The notes under the pieces are model-generated. The model was not told the DNA's origin and ran no database searches. It saw only the letters and a program-made list of their open reading frames with translations. The position numbers and the translations under genes were made by a program. A stretch of 64,000 nucleotides of DNA from an uncultured Alphaproteobacteria bacterium (GTDB lineage Bacteria; Pseudomonadota; Alphaproteobacteria; RF32; CAG-239): NCBI GenBank assembly GCA_934254925.1, contig CAKQMD010000004.1, forward strand, positions 18,664 through 82,663, in the 5' to 3' direction. This document shows positions 18,037 through 28,534 of the stretch, piece by piece. Each line of letters opens with the position of its first letter. Within the stretch, counting starts at the first letter, position 1.

Positions 18037-19620
18037 TTACAGTGAGGCTTTGATTAATTCACGCGTATAGCTTTCATGGGGACTGTTAAAGATCTTTTCG
18101 GCTGAAGTTTGTTCGATGATCTTTCCGTCTTTCATAACAGCGATGTCGTCAGCCAAAGACTTAACCGCTTGCATATTATGCGAGATAAAAAGATAGCTTA
18201 AGCCTCTTTGCTTTTGAATTTGTTGCAAAAGTTCCAAAATTTGGGCTTGTATGGTTACGTCGAGCGCTGAGGTCGGTTCATCCAAAATAAGCAGTTCAGG
18301 TTCCAAAACCAAAGCGCGGGCGATGGCTATTCTCTGTCTTTGGCCGCCGGAGAATTCATGCGGATATTTGTTCAAACAGCTTTCGTCAAGCCCAACTTCT
18401 CGCAGGACGTCAATGACCTTTTGTTTTCGTTCTCGGCGTGAGATCTCGGGGTGATGGATCAGGAGCCCCTCCCCGACGATTTCTTCAATGTTCATCCGCG
18501 GATTCAGAGAGTTGAACGGATCTTGAAAAACTATTTGAATTTGTTTTCTTAAGCTTTTGTTTTTGCTCCTTAAATCTTTTGTTATCTCTTCGCCTTTATA
18601 AATGATGTCGCCGCTGAAAGGGAGTAATCTGGCCAAGGCCATGCCTAAAGTTGTTTTTCCTGATCCTGATTCCCCGACCAAGCCCAAAGTTTTTCCGGCT
18701 TTGATTTGAAGGGAGACGTGATCCAGGGCGTAAAAATATTCTTTTACGCGTCCCCAAAAGTTTTTCTTTTGCGGGTATCTGACCGTCAGCCCTTCTGCCG
18801 AAAGCAAAGTTTTATTCGAATTATTAGTATATAATTTCAATGGATTAGATGACAATATTAATTTTTTAGTATAAGAATTTTGCGGGTGATTGAAAATGTT
18901 GGCCGTCGTGTTGTATTCCATGACTTTGCCGTCTTTCATCACCAGAATGTTGTCGGCAATTTTCTTAATGATTTCAAGGTCATGACTGATAAAGATTATT
19001 GCCATTCCCAGTTTGCGTCGCAGATCCAGCAATAATTCCAATATTTGCGCCTGAATGGTGACGTCCAAAGCCGTGGTGGGTTCGTCGGCAATCAGAATGT
19101 CCGGGTTGTTGGCGATTGCCATGGCGATCATGACACGCTGGCGTTGGCCGCCGGAAAGTTCATAAGGGTATGAAAAATAGCGGCGCCGGGGATTTTTTAT
19201 ACCGGTCAGTCGGAGCAGTTCCATAACGCGGCCGCGAATGCGTTTGGCGGAGAGGTTGCTATGCCGATGCAGCGTTTCGGCAATTTGGTCGCCGATTTTA
19301 TGCAATGGATTCAGCGATGACAGAGGCTCCTGGAACACGAAACCGACCCGGTTGCCGCGATAGCTGCAGATTTCAGGATTGTGAAGCAGTTCCGCGCCGT
19401 TGAAACGGATAGACGAATTGGCGGCGTGGAAGGCTTTGGGATAAGGCAGCAATCCCAATACGGATAAGGCGGTGACGGATTTGCCCGATCCGGATTCGCC
19501 GACAATGCCGAGAATTTCTCCCTTGTCTAGTTTAAAGGAAACGTCCTCAGCGGCGATGGTTTTCTCGCCGTTTTGGCGAAAATAAACAGAAAGGTGATTG
19601 ACTTCCAGGATCGGGCTCAT
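18037..19620 (-). CDS. yejF: ABC transporter ATP-binding protein with duplicated ATPase domains (microcin C / oligopeptide type)
   Basis: Two Walker A motifs (GESGSGKS), two ABC signatures (LSGGQRQR), 527 aa. Confidence 0.85.
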   Translation of the reverse strand: MSPILEVNHLSVYFRQNGEKTIAAEDVSFKLDKGEILGIVGESGSGKSVTALSVLGLLPYPKAFHAANSSIRFNGAELLHNPEICSYRGNRVGFVFQEPLSSLNPLHKIGDQIAETLHRHSNLSAKRIRGRVMELLRLTGIKNPRRRYFSYPYELSGGQRQRVMIAMAIANNPDILIADEPTTALDVTIQAQILELLLDLRRKLGMAIIFISHDLEIIKKIADNILVMKDGKVMEYNTTANIFNHPQNSYTKKLILSSNPLKLYTNNSNKTLLSAEGLTVRYPQKKNFWGRVKEYFYALDHVSLQIKAGKTLGLVGESGSGKTTLGMALARLLPFSGDIIYKGEEITKDLRSKNKSLRKQIQIVFQDPFNSLNPRMNIEEIVGEGLLIHHPEISRRERKQKVIDVLREVGLDESCLNKYPHEFSGGQRQRIAIARALVLEPELLILDEPTSALDVTIQAQILELLQQIQKQRGLSYLFISHNMQAVKSLADDIAVMKDGKIIEQTSAEKIFNSPHESYTRELIKASL

Positions 19621-20669
19621 TGGTTTTTCCTCGCATCAAAGGCATCACGGATTCCCTCTCCGATAAAAATAAGCAAAGTCAACAGCGTAGAAAGAACAAT
19701 GAAGATAGAGATACCGATCCAAGGAGCCTGAAGATTGTCTTTTCCCTGCCGGACCAGATCGCCGAGAGAGGGATAGTCCTGAGAAAGTCCCAAGCCCAAG
19801 AAATCCAGCGCGGTCAGCGCTACAATGGATTCTGACAGAATAAAAGGAATAAAGGTCAAAGCCGCGACGACGGCATTGGGCAGAATATGCCGATAGATGA
19901 TGCGAAAGTTGCCGACGCCCAGCGCTTTAGCAGCTTTTACAAATTCAAAATTGCGGGTACGCAAAAATTCGGCTCTGACAACAGGAATGAGGCTTGTCCA
20001 GGAAAAAAACAGCAAAATGAGGAGCAATCCCCAGAATGTCGGCACAAAAATGCTGGCGACGATAATCAAAACAAAAAGCTGCGGCAGAGATTCCCATATT
20101 TCCAGAAAGCGTTGAAAGAAAATGTCCAGGCGGCCTCCGAAGTACCCCTGAACGGCCCCAGCGACGATTCCGACGACCGATGAAAAAAGCGTCAGCAGAA
20201 AGGCAAAGACGACCGACAGACGTAATCCGTACAGCAAACGGGCAACGATGTCCCTGCCCTCATCATCGGTTCCCAACCAATGGCGGCGGTCCGGCGCAGC
20301 CGGTGTCGGCGTTTGAATACTGTAGTCTACCGTATTGAAAGAAAAAGGAATAAGCGTAAACAGCATCCAGCCTTTTTGATTGATTTTGTGTTGCAGGTAA
20401 GGATCATGATAATCTGCAGGCGTCGGAAAATCTCCGCCGAAAGTTTGGTCGGTATAAGTTTTGAAAACCGGAAAATAAAACTGTTGATCATATTTTACAA
20501 TCAGAGGCTGATCATTGGCAATGAGTTCGGAAAAAAGGCTGATCCCGAACAAAAACGAAAAGATGATCAGGGAATACCAGGCGCGGCGGTTTTGGCGGAA
20601 AGTCTGAAGACGCCGCAAAGCCAACGGGCTGAGACGACTTTTGAGCCATGTCGCGATCGGGTGTAACAC
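19617..20669 (-). CDS. yejE: ABC transporter permease
   Basis: Colinear with E. coli YejE: WLGTDDEGRDIVARLLYG...VRAEFLRTRNFEFVKAAKALGV...NLQAPW. Confidence 0.85.
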   Translation of the reverse strand: MLHPIATWLKSRLSPLALRRLQTFRQNRRAWYSLIIFSFLFGISLFSELIANDQPLIVKYDQQFYFPVFKTYTDQTFGGDFPTPADYHDPYLQHKINQKGWMLFTLIPFSFNTVDYSIQTPTPAAPDRRHWLGTDDEGRDIVARLLYGLRLSVVFAFLLTLFSSVVGIVAGAVQGYFGGRLDIFFQRFLEIWESLPQLFVLIIVASIFVPTFWGLLLILLFFSWTSLIPVVRAEFLRTRNFEFVKAAKALGVGNFRIIYRHILPNAVVAALTFIPFILSESIVALTALDFLGLGLSQDYPSLGDLVRQGKDNLQAPWIGISIFIVLSTLLTLLIFIGEGIRDAFDARKNQ

Positions 20670-20672
20670 GGG

Positions 20673-23000
20673 TTATTGTTCCTCATTATCAATGGTTTGA
20701 ATGATCTCGACATTGACTTCCGGTTGAGCGGGCTCCGCTTTGGTTTCTTCGGCGGCGGGAACTTGGGCGGTTTCTTCCTCAGGTTTTGTCTGTTCCGCTT
20801 GGGAGGCTCCCTCCTCTGTCGTTTGAGGCTCTTCCGGATTCTTCGTTTCTTGCGTTTTTGTCTGTTCTTCTGCGACGGTTTCCGCCGTATCGGGGACATC
20901 AGCGGCAGAGTCTGCTTTTTCCTGTTCCTCGGCTTTGGCGGTTTCTTCGGCAACAAGGCTCAATGATTTGGTTTCGGCTTCCGGCTCCTGAATGATGTCC
21001 GGTGTTTCAAGCGCCGGGGCGTTCAGTTGTTTTTCCGTGCCGATTTCGTTAATTTGTTCTTCCGTTACGACCTGAGGTTCCTCGCTTTGCGTCGGCAAAT
21101 TATGGTTAAAGCCGCCGTACCAGCTTTGGAAGGCCGCTTTGGCCAAGCTTATATCGGTTTCGGTAATCGGCGCTTTTTTGATTTTTTCAGTCAATTCTTT
21201 TTTGGGTGCCTCGTGCAGTTTGAGTTCTGCAAATTCGACACAAGGGGTCTTTTTATAGAGGTAACCTTTAAGGATGTTGGCTGCGGAGCATACGCGATCA
21301 TTGACGGTGAACTCTTTTTTGAGCGGGTCACGGATGGCCATATTGACGAAGTTTTCGTTTTTAAATGAAGGGATAAACTCTTTCTCTTTGATTTCATAAA
21401 GGCCGTTTAAACCGCTGATGCCTTGCATGACGATGACGGTATTTTGGTCTTTTCCGTGTTTTTTCAGACGGTTGATAAAGTCTTGCATACGGCCGAACAA
21501 GCATTTCAGCTGGTCGGCATAGGCCTCACGTTTGGCAAAGACGTCGTTGGTCTTGACCCATGGGAGATGTCGTTTTTCCCGCCATTGGGAAATAGGTTTA
21601 AGGTTACAGTATTCATCATAGACATAAAGATCGGAGGGAATGTCGATATAAGCGAAATAGGCTGTGTTTCCTTTGTCTTTGATGAGGTCTTCTTCCAGGT
21701 AGTCGAGGGTTTTGACAGCATCTACCGTGTAAAAGCTGCGGGTGGAATAGCCAATTCCGGGAATGGTGTCGGCATCGGTTATCAGGCGCAGACCGGTGTA
21801 GAGCCAGGAGAAGTCAGAAATCAGGCCGGTGCTTTCTACCCATTGGGCCAACAAAAGGCCGATTTTTTGTCCCAGGCTTAGGTTAAGATTTTCCAGCTTG
21901 ATCGGCAAATTTTGCTTTTTTATGCATTTGCTGACGGAGGGCTGATTATTGGTATAGCAGATTTCTATACCGCGGGATTCATAGGCCTTAATGTCATAAT
22001 TGGCTTTGAGGAAAGTGTCGTAGATCTTATTGTTTTTGAGGTAAAGATATTGGTTGGACAGGTCTTTGAAATTCCAGTAACTGTTCAAAACAACGCTGGA
22101 AAGCGTGTTTTCGGCGGTGTCTTCCGATCGGGTTTGCGGGTTAAACGTTCTGGTGAGGTTCAAATAAGGATCCGTTGTGTTGACGTAAGCGTTTGGATAA
22201 AAGTTGAAGTTGTTTTCAGCGTAGAAACCAAGCATGGTATCCATGGCGCTTTTGATTTTGTCGTTGTATGCCTTGCGTGCGGGTTTGTTGTCTTGCAGGT
22301 CACGGAGGTAGTTGTAGGAAGTGAAGTCAGGGAAAGCCAAAAAGACGAACTTTTTGCCGTCATAGTAACTGTCGGCAATTTTGCGGCTGTAAGTCGTGCG
22401 GAAACCGGTGTTGCGGTGAGCGTTTAAATAAGTGTCAAACCCAATGCCGGCCGTGATAATCAGCAAAATGCCGATGAAGTAGGCAATGGTGATGCGGCTG
22501 GACAGCGACAGAAAGAAAAAGAAGAACACCGAGGCTGCTACCGTGAAGATGATGTGGGAGTTTTCATTGAACATGACACCGATGTTGTCGCCGAAATAGG
22601 AGGCTATCCAGCCGGAAAACATCGATTCTTTGTCAAACAGTGCAAACTGCGAGAACATTGCCAAGATAAACAAGGCCAATATCAATGCACTCAACAAATT
22701 TTGCAGAAAAGAGGAAAATGAGACCAGATACATCAGCAGAATCGAAAACACACCCAACCCGGCGATGATGTAAATGACTTCGGGCCGCAGGATAATTTCG
22801 GATGAAAAAATGTTATAGCTGCCGGCATTGGCAAACAAGATGAAATTCATGATCAAAAGCGTGGCAACGATAATACTCTTTTCGACCCAGTCGACCATAT
22901 AGATGGGAAAGGAACGTTTTTTCTTTATGGTGGTTTTGTCCCGGTTGTTCTCGTTTTTGAGCGCTTTTTGGCGGTTGTCGTCCAGTATTATGTCATGCAT
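20673..23000 (-). CDS. Large polytopic membrane protein, 775 aa: about five N-terminal TM helices, a large extracytoplasmic domain, and an acidic low-complexity C-terminal tail
   Basis: The first ~200 aa are hydrophobic; the last ~150 aa are E/T/A/P/Q-rich low complexity. The 3' end is 3 nt from the yejE start. Architecture resembles EptA/LtaS/BcsG-type membrane-anchored phosphatase-superfamily enzymes, but no catalytic motif was confirmed. Confidence 0.5.
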   Translation of the reverse strand: MHDIILDDNRQKALKNENNRDKTTIKKKRSFPIYMVDWVEKSIIVATLLIMNFILFANAGSYNIFSSEIILRPEVIYIIAGLGVFSILLMYLVSFSSFLQNLLSALILALFILAMFSQFALFDKESMFSGWIASYFGDNIGVMFNENSHIIFTVAASVFFFFFLSLSSRITIAYFIGILLIITAGIGFDTYLNAHRNTGFRTTYSRKIADSYYDGKKFVFLAFPDFTSYNYLRDLQDNKPARKAYNDKIKSAMDTMLGFYAENNFNFYPNAYVNTTDPYLNLTRTFNPQTRSEDTAENTLSSVVLNSYWNFKDLSNQYLYLKNNKIYDTFLKANYDIKAYESRGIEICYTNNQPSVSKCIKKQNLPIKLENLNLSLGQKIGLLLAQWVESTGLISDFSWLYTGLRLITDADTIPGIGYSTRSFYTVDAVKTLDYLEEDLIKDKGNTAYFAYIDIPSDLYVYDEYCNLKPISQWREKRHLPWVKTNDVFAKREAYADQLKCLFGRMQDFINRLKKHGKDQNTVIVMQGISGLNGLYEIKEKEFIPSFKNENFVNMAIRDPLKKEFTVNDRVCSAANILKGYLYKKTPCVEFAELKLHEAPKKELTEKIKKAPITETDISLAKAAFQSWYGGFNHNLPTQSEEPQVVTEEQINEIGTEKQLNAPALETPDIIQEPEAETKSLSLVAEETAKAEEQEKADSAADVPDTAETVAEEQTKTQETKNPEEPQTTEEGASQAEQTKPEEETAQVPAAEETKAEPAQPEVNVEIIQTIDNEEQ

Positions 23001-23127
23001 CTCAGATCACCTTGTTTCGGTTCAATAAAGCGGTTGGAGGTATTGTAAGCACATTTTTTGTTATTTTAAAGCAAAAATCCTCAAGGCTGCACAGCTCTTG
23101 AGGATTTTGACAAAAGAAGATTCCCGA

Positions 23128-23745
23128 TTAACGAGAGTAGAATTCGATAACCAGATTGGGTTCCATAATGCAGGCATAAGGAACATCATCAAACTTGGGA
23201 ACGAAAGCGTATTTGGCGGTCAGCTTTTTGCTGTCAACTTCCAAATATCCCGGAACCTGACGATCCTGAGCTTCAACGGCGGCGATAACAATCGGCAACG
23301 CTTTGGATTTTTCGCGGACTTCAATCACGTCTCCGGCTTTGACCATATAAGACGGGATGTTGACCTTTTTGCCGTTAACCGTTACATGACCGTGGTTGAC
23401 GAACTGACGGGCCGCAAAGATGGTGGGAACGAATTTTGATTTATAGACCAGGTTGTCCAGGCGCGATTCCAAAATACCGATGAGATTTTCGGCGGCATCA
23501 CCGCTGCGGCGAATGGCCTCGACGTAGTATTTGTGGAACTGTTTTTCAGAAACGTTGCCGTAATAGGTTTTCAATTTCTGTTTGGCATAGAGCTGTTCAC
23601 CGTAGTCTGTCGGTTTTTTTCTTCTCTGACCGTGCTGGCCGGGAGCGTATTCTCTTTTATTGAACGGGCTGTTGGCATTGCCCCACAGGGTGGCGCCATA
23701 GCGACGGTCGGCTTTTTTCTTTGCAGAAACAATACTTTTTACCAT
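23128..23745 (-). CDS. rpsD: 30S ribosomal protein S4
   Basis: [31 protein letters not shown], 205 aa. Confidence 0.95.
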   Translation of the reverse strand: MVKSIVSAKKKADRRYGATLWGNANSPFNKREYAPGQHGQRRKKPTDYGEQLYAKQKLKTYYGNVSEKQFHKYYVEAIRRSGDAAENLIGILESRLDNLVYKSKFVPTIFAARQFVNHGHVTVNGKKVNIPSYMVKAGDVIEVREKSKALPIVIAAVEAQDRQVPGYLEVDSKKLTAKYAFVPKFDDVPYACIMEPNLVIEFYSR

Positions 23746-23955
23746 AAAAAATTTCCTTATTTATTTGATTTACATTATTGTCCCGGTAGTTTTGGTTCTC
23801 AAAAATCAAACGGGGCATTGCCTGCCCTCTTTCCCGGAAGTGAGGGCAATCTATAACAAAAAGATGAAAGTTTCAAGCTCTTTTTTCAAAAAAAACTAGA
23901 TTTTTGTGAGATTTAAGCTAAAATGGCAGAAATTCTAAAGGAGCTTTGAGAAATT

Positions 23956-25716
23956 ATGTCTTATGACATTTTGTTTCAACGCGCGTTGTCGCTTCATCAG
24001 GCGGGGCAATTTGACGACGCGGAGCAATTATACAGGCAGATTCTGGAGACGGCCCCCGATCAACCGGACGTTTTGAATTTGCTGGGGTTGATCGCCCAGG
24101 CCAAAGACTTGCATCTGCAGGCGGCGGAGTTGTTTTATCGGGCGGTTAGAAATGCACCGGAGCATGCCCCTTTTTATTTCAATTTGGGAATTTCTCTCAA
24201 GGCGTTAAATAAACCGCATGAAGCCATGGAGGCTTTTCAGAAGGTTTTGCAGTTGCAGCCCGACTTGAAAGAAGCCGAAAATGAACGCGGCAGCGTGCTG
24301 ATGATGTTGCATGAACCGGAAAAAGCCCGGGAGGCTTATCGGCGGGCTTTGCAGCAAGATGAAAATTATGCGTCGGCTCATCTTAATTTGGCTTTGAGCT
24401 ATTTGCCCGACAATCCGCAAAAAGTTCGCGACAGCTTGGAAAATTTGTCGCGACGGTTTCCCGACGAGGCTGCCGTTTGGTTTGAATTGGCCCGGCAATA
24501 TTATGAAGTCGGCAGAGACGGCGAAGCTTGGCAAGCGGCCGTCAAAGCCAAGGAATTGGCGCCGGCTTCCGACGAAGCAAAAGCCCTTTTGGGGCTGCTT
24601 TGCCTTAAAGAACATCAAGATGACAAGGCTGCGATTTATTTTGAAAAGGCGCTGCTTCTAAATCCCAAAAATACGCAGGCCATGGTTAATTTGGCCAATA
24701 TCCGCAGCAATGTCGGAAGCTTTGACCAGGCGGAAGCCCTGTATAAAAGGGTTTTGGAGCTTGAGCCCAGAAATTTTGACGCCTGTTTTAACTATGCGCA
24801 CATGCTCTATCGTGCCAAGAGGCTGCCCGAAGCTTTGGAAATTTACAGAAGTGCCGTCATTTTGAATCCAAAATCGGCAGAAGTCAGCAATAACTTGGGC
24901 ATTATCATGAAAGATCAGCAGGATTACGAAGAAGCGCTCGGCTTGTTCTTCAATGCCATGGCTTTGGATCCGGACTTGGAGGCGGCCATGGTGAACGCGG
25001 CGGAAACGCTGGTGCTGTATTTTGAAGGAGGACACGAAAAAGAGGCAGTGCAGATTGCTGAAAACTGGAAAAGGCAAATGCCCGACAATCCTTTTGCCTG
25101 CCATGTCTGCTGCGCATTAAAAGGAGAAAACTGTGAAGATAATCTCGAGTATAGTCAGAGGCTGTTTGACAATTTTGCTGATCATTACGAGCCTGTTATG
25201 CAAAATTTGGATTACAACTTGCCGGGAACTTTGGCAGCAATTATTGGAGATGCTGAAGCTGCCATTGTGGATCTGGGGTGCGGTTCGGGGCTTTTGGGAG
25301 AAGCGCTCAAAGAAAAAGGGAAAGAACTCGTCGGCGTAGACCTGTCGGCCAAGATGCTGGCTCTGGCCGAGAAGAAAAAAACTTATAAAAAACTGGTGCT
25401 AAGCGATGCCGTTTCTTTTATGAAAAGCCGTCCCAAAGCCGATTTGGTGGTTATGGCCGACGTTTTGGGCTATATCGGCGACCTTGGCGAACTCTTTACT
25501 CTGCTGAAGGGATATAAGGTTTTGTTTTCCGTTGAAGCTTTGCAAGACAGCGATCAAAATTTTGTATTGAATGCCGGCGGACGTTATCAACATAGTGAAA
25601 AATATATACGAAATCTCTTGGAAAATAACGGATTTCGTGACATCATAATACAAAAGGCCGTCTTTAGAAAAGAAAAAGGAAAAGATGTTCCGGGCCTTAT
25701 TGTCAGCGGAGAATAG
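23956..25716 (+). CDS. TPR-repeat protein fused to a class I SAM-dependent methyltransferase domain
   Basis: Multiple TPR-like repeats in the first ~380 aa; C-terminal VDLGCGSGLLGE motif I. Confidence 0.7.
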   Translation: MSYDILFQRALSLHQAGQFDDAEQLYRQILETAPDQPDVLNLLGLIAQAKDLHLQAAELFYRAVRNAPEHAPFYFNLGISLKALNKPHEAMEAFQKVLQLQPDLKEAENERGSVLMMLHEPEKAREAYRRALQQDENYASAHLNLALSYLPDNPQKVRDSLENLSRRFPDEAAVWFELARQYYEVGRDGEAWQAAVKAKELAPASDEAKALLGLLCLKEHQDDKAAIYFEKALLLNPKNTQAMVNLANIRSNVGSFDQAEALYKRVLELEPRNFDACFNYAHMLYRAKRLPEALEIYRSAVILNPKSAEVSNNLGIIMKDQQDYEEALGLFFNAMALDPDLEAAMVNAAETLVLYFEGGHEKEAVQIAENWKRQMPDNPFACHVCCALKGENCEDNLEYSQRLFDNFADHYEPVMQNLDYNLPGTLAAIIGDAEAAIVDLGCGSGLLGEALKEKGKELVGVDLSAKMLALAEKKKTYKKLVLSDAVSFMKSRPKADLVVMADVLGYIGDLGELFTLLKGYKVLFSVEALQDSDQNFVLNAGGRYQHSEKYIRNLLENNGFRDIIIQKAVFRKEKGKDVPGLIVSGE

Positions 25717-25718
25717 AC

Positions 25719-26354
25719 ATGTTTATCGATATTTATGACGAACAAATGCACCTTTTGGGAAAAGCCAGCCTTGAACAGGCGCATCATGAAGGATTGTGGC
25801 ACAGGGTCTTTCACTGCTGGATTGTTAAGCCGGGAAAGGACGGGAATCATAAAGTTTGGCTGCAGCTGCGCAGCAAAGAAAAGCCCAATTCCCCTAACCT
25901 GCTTGGGGTTTCGGCCGCAGGGCATCTTGAAAGCGGTGAAACGGCTCGCGACGGGATCAAAGATATTGAAAAGGAGTTGGGGCTGAGCGTTGATTTCAGC
26001 CGTTTGACAAAGTTGTTTACCGATCGCCGGGTGACTGACCGGCAGGATTACCATAACCGAGAGTTTAATCCGACTTATGTTTTGGAAACGGAAGCCAAGC
26101 TTGAAGATCTGACGCTGCTTCCCGGGGAAGTGGATGGCGTGTATGTGGCAAAGATTGACGATGTGGCAGACTTATTTAAGGGAAAATGCGACAGTATTGC
26201 GAGCATTGGGCGAATCAGACTAGATGACGGCAGTTACAAGTCGGAAATCCGCTATGTCGAGGCAAAAGACTTTGTGGCGGCGGACAAAGCCTATTATATT
26301 AAGGTTATGGACATGTTGCAGCGTTATTGCGACAATTGCGGAAAAGTGTCCTGA
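25719..26354 (+). CDS. NUDIX hydrolase
   Basis: Nudix box GHLESGETARDGIKDIEKELGL. Start is 2 nt after the TPR-methyltransferase stop. Confidence 0.75.
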   Translation: MFIDIYDEQMHLLGKASLEQAHHEGLWHRVFHCWIVKPGKDGNHKVWLQLRSKEKPNSPNLLGVSAAGHLESGETARDGIKDIEKELGLSVDFSRLTKLFTDRRVTDRQDYHNREFNPTYVLETEAKLEDLTLLPGEVDGVYVAKIDDVADLFKGKCDSIASIGRIRLDDGSYKSEIRYVEAKDFVAADKAYYIKVMDMLQRYCDNCGKVS

Positions 26355-26424
26355 GAGCACGAAAAACCGTCCTTAAAATGTTTTAAGGACGGTTTACTTT
26401 ATAAGGAATTTATCGGTTTAGAGT

Positions 26425-26970
26425 TTAGAAGGTGTATCTTACACCGGCAGTGACTTCGTTAAAGTTGTTGAGATGTGCCATGCCGACATAGTTGTAGCGG
26501 GCCATGACACGGGCGGCAAAGTGATCGGTGAAGTTGTATTGGGCACCGATACCGGCACGGTAGCCGATTTTGCCTTTTGAGGTTTTGCCGTCAATCTTTT
26601 TATGATCTGTTTCATAGTCGGCAATACCCAAAGAAGCCAACAAATCAAATTTTTGAGCAGTGTCTATCGGCATATAGCCATAGACATCAATACCATAGGC
26701 ATGGAATTTGAATTTTTCAATGCCGTCCGGCCGATGGCTTTTTCTTTCTCCGGCTTGCTGATAGAAAGCTTCCAATCCAAGATAATCACCCATTCTGGTA
26801 CCAACGTTGATAATGCCGGAGTTAAAACCGTCATCCATGTTTTTGGCATCTTTTTTGAAATCGGCTTTGTCATAGGCATAATCCAATCCGACGTACGGAC
26901 GGAATTCCTGTGCTTGAACAGCTGCCGAAAACAAGCAGGCAACGCCGGCTAAAAGTAACGTTTTTTTCAT
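26425..26970 (-). CDS. Small outer-membrane beta-barrel protein (OMP_b-brl family), paralog 1
   Basis: Signal peptide MKKTLLLAGVACLFSAAVQA, alternating amphipathic strands, C-terminal ...AGVRYTF with terminal Phe. Confidence 0.75.
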   Translation of the reverse strand: MKKTLLLAGVACLFSAAVQAQEFRPYVGLDYAYDKADFKKDAKNMDDGFNSGIINVGTRMGDYLGLEAFYQQAGERKSHRPDGIEKFKFHAYGIDVYGYMPIDTAQKFDLLASLGIADYETDHKKIDGKTSKGKIGYRAGIGAQYNFTDHFAARVMARYNYVGMAHLNNFNEVTAGVRYTF

Positions 26971-27074
26971 CTTATAAACTCCAAAATATATAGTTGTTTC
27001 TTTCGTCCCTGCTATAAAATTTTATAGCTTCAAGAGTATAGATAATCGGTTTTTGCGCATTTTAAAGGGGCGGA

Positions 27075-27116
27075 GTAAAAAAACTGCCCCGTAAAAATTT
27101 TACGGGGCAGTCCTTA
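27075..27116 (-). terminator. Rho-independent terminator after OMP paralog 2
   Basis: Minus strand: CTGCCCCGTAAAATTTTTACGGGGCAG plus a T-run. Confidence 0.6.
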
Positions 27117-27139
27117 AAGGAATTTACATTAACATGTCA

Positions 27140-27697
27140 TTAGAAGGTGTATCTTACACCGGCAGTGACTTCGTTAAAGTTGTTCAGGTGGGCTGTTCCG
27201 ACATAGTTGTAACGGCCCATGATACGAGCGGCAAAGTTTTCGGTGAAGTTGTATTGAGCACCGATACCGGCACGGTAACCAACGCGTTTTTGAGTCAATT
27301 TCGCATCCGGCCCTTTTAATTTCATGTCATAAACGGCGGCACCCAGAGAAGCCAACAAGTCAAACTTCTTTTCGCAGCCGAGCGGCAGATAGCCGTATGC
27401 ATCCAAACCGTAAGCCTGGAATTTTGCAGACAGGTTGTAGTCTTCAAATTTGGTTTTTCTTTCGTCAGAAAGCTGATAGAAAGCTTCCAAACCAAAGTAG
27501 TCGCCCATTCTGCTACCGACGTTGATGATACCGGAGTTGAAACCGTCTTTCAAATCTTTTGCGTCTTTTTTGAAATCAGCTTTATCATAGGCATAGTCCA
27601 ATCCGATATAGGGACGGACTTCAGACATATAGTCCTGTGCCTGGGCAGAAACTGAAAATAAGCAGGCTACTCCTGCAAGCAATAATGTTTTTTTCAT
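27140..27697 (-). CDS. Small outer-membrane beta-barrel protein, paralog 2
   Basis: Same signal peptide and C-terminus as 26425..26970; about 60% identical, with divergent loop regions. Confidence 0.75.
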   Translation of the reverse strand: MKKTLLLAGVACLFSVSAQAQDYMSEVRPYIGLDYAYDKADFKKDAKDLKDGFNSGIINVGSRMGDYFGLEAFYQLSDERKTKFEDYNLSAKFQAYGLDAYGYLPLGCEKKFDLLASLGAAVYDMKLKGPDAKLTQKRVGYRAGIGAQYNFTENFAARIMGRYNYVGTAHLNNFNEVTAGVRYTF

Positions 27698-27884
27698 CTT
27701 ATAAACTCCATTATAAAATTGATTCTAAATATTTTTCTAAACTCTAAACAGCTGACTTCAGCGGTTTATGTCGTCGTACATAATCCTTTAACGATAGATT
27801 TAAAGGGGTGACAACAAAAATAATATATGCTAAAGTAGTAAACAAATTATTACCAACTATTAATTTAAAACTAAGAGCTATATA

Positions 27885-28523
27885 ATGACTTTTGATTGTC
27901 CGCCTCAAAATTGCTGCAAATGCCCGAGATTGGTTGCTTTTCGGGAAGAAAACATTAAGAAGTTTCCTCATTATTATAACGGAGCCGTTCCGCCTTTCGG
28001 TGATTTGGACTCCGAAATTTTAATTGTCGGTTTGGCTCCCGGGTTGAACGGCGCCAACCAGACCGCCCGTCCCTTTACCAATGATTATGCCGGTGACGTT
28101 TTATATCCGATTCTTAAGGAGTTCGGCCTGGCCGAAGGAAACTACGCCAAAAGGAAAGACGACGGCTTTCGGCTTAAAAACGTCAGAATCACCAATTCTG
28201 TTCGTTGTGTGCCGCCGCAAAACAAAGTTACCGGCGATGAGGTGAAAACCTGCGGGAAATATCTGATTGACGAAATAAGCGACATGAAAAAACTCAAAAT
28301 TATCCTGACGCTCGGTGCCGTGGCGCATAATGCGGTTTTAGGCGTTCTGGGATACAAGAAGGCTGCTTTCAAATTTGTGCATAATGCCGTGCATCGTTTG
28401 GACAAGCATGGCCTGTATATGGTCAACTCCTATCATACGTCGCGTTATAACATCAATACCGGGGTGTTGACCGAAGACATGTTTAAGGATGTTATCAGGC
28501 ATTTGTTGACACTTTTGTCTTAA
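27885..28523 (+). CDS. Uracil-DNA glycosylase, family 4 (4Fe-4S type)
   Basis: CCKCPRLV and GLAPGLNGANQTARPF motifs. Confidence 0.85.
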   Translation: MTFDCPPQNCCKCPRLVAFREENIKKFPHYYNGAVPPFGDLDSEILIVGLAPGLNGANQTARPFTNDYAGDVLYPILKEFGLAEGNYAKRKDDGFRLKNVRITNSVRCVPPQNKVTGDEVKTCGKYLIDEISDMKKLKIILTLGAVAHNAVLGVLGYKKAAFKFVHNAVHRLDKHGLYMVNSYHTSRYNINTGVLTEDMFKDVIRHLLTLLS

Positions 28524-28534
28524 AAAACGGCTTT

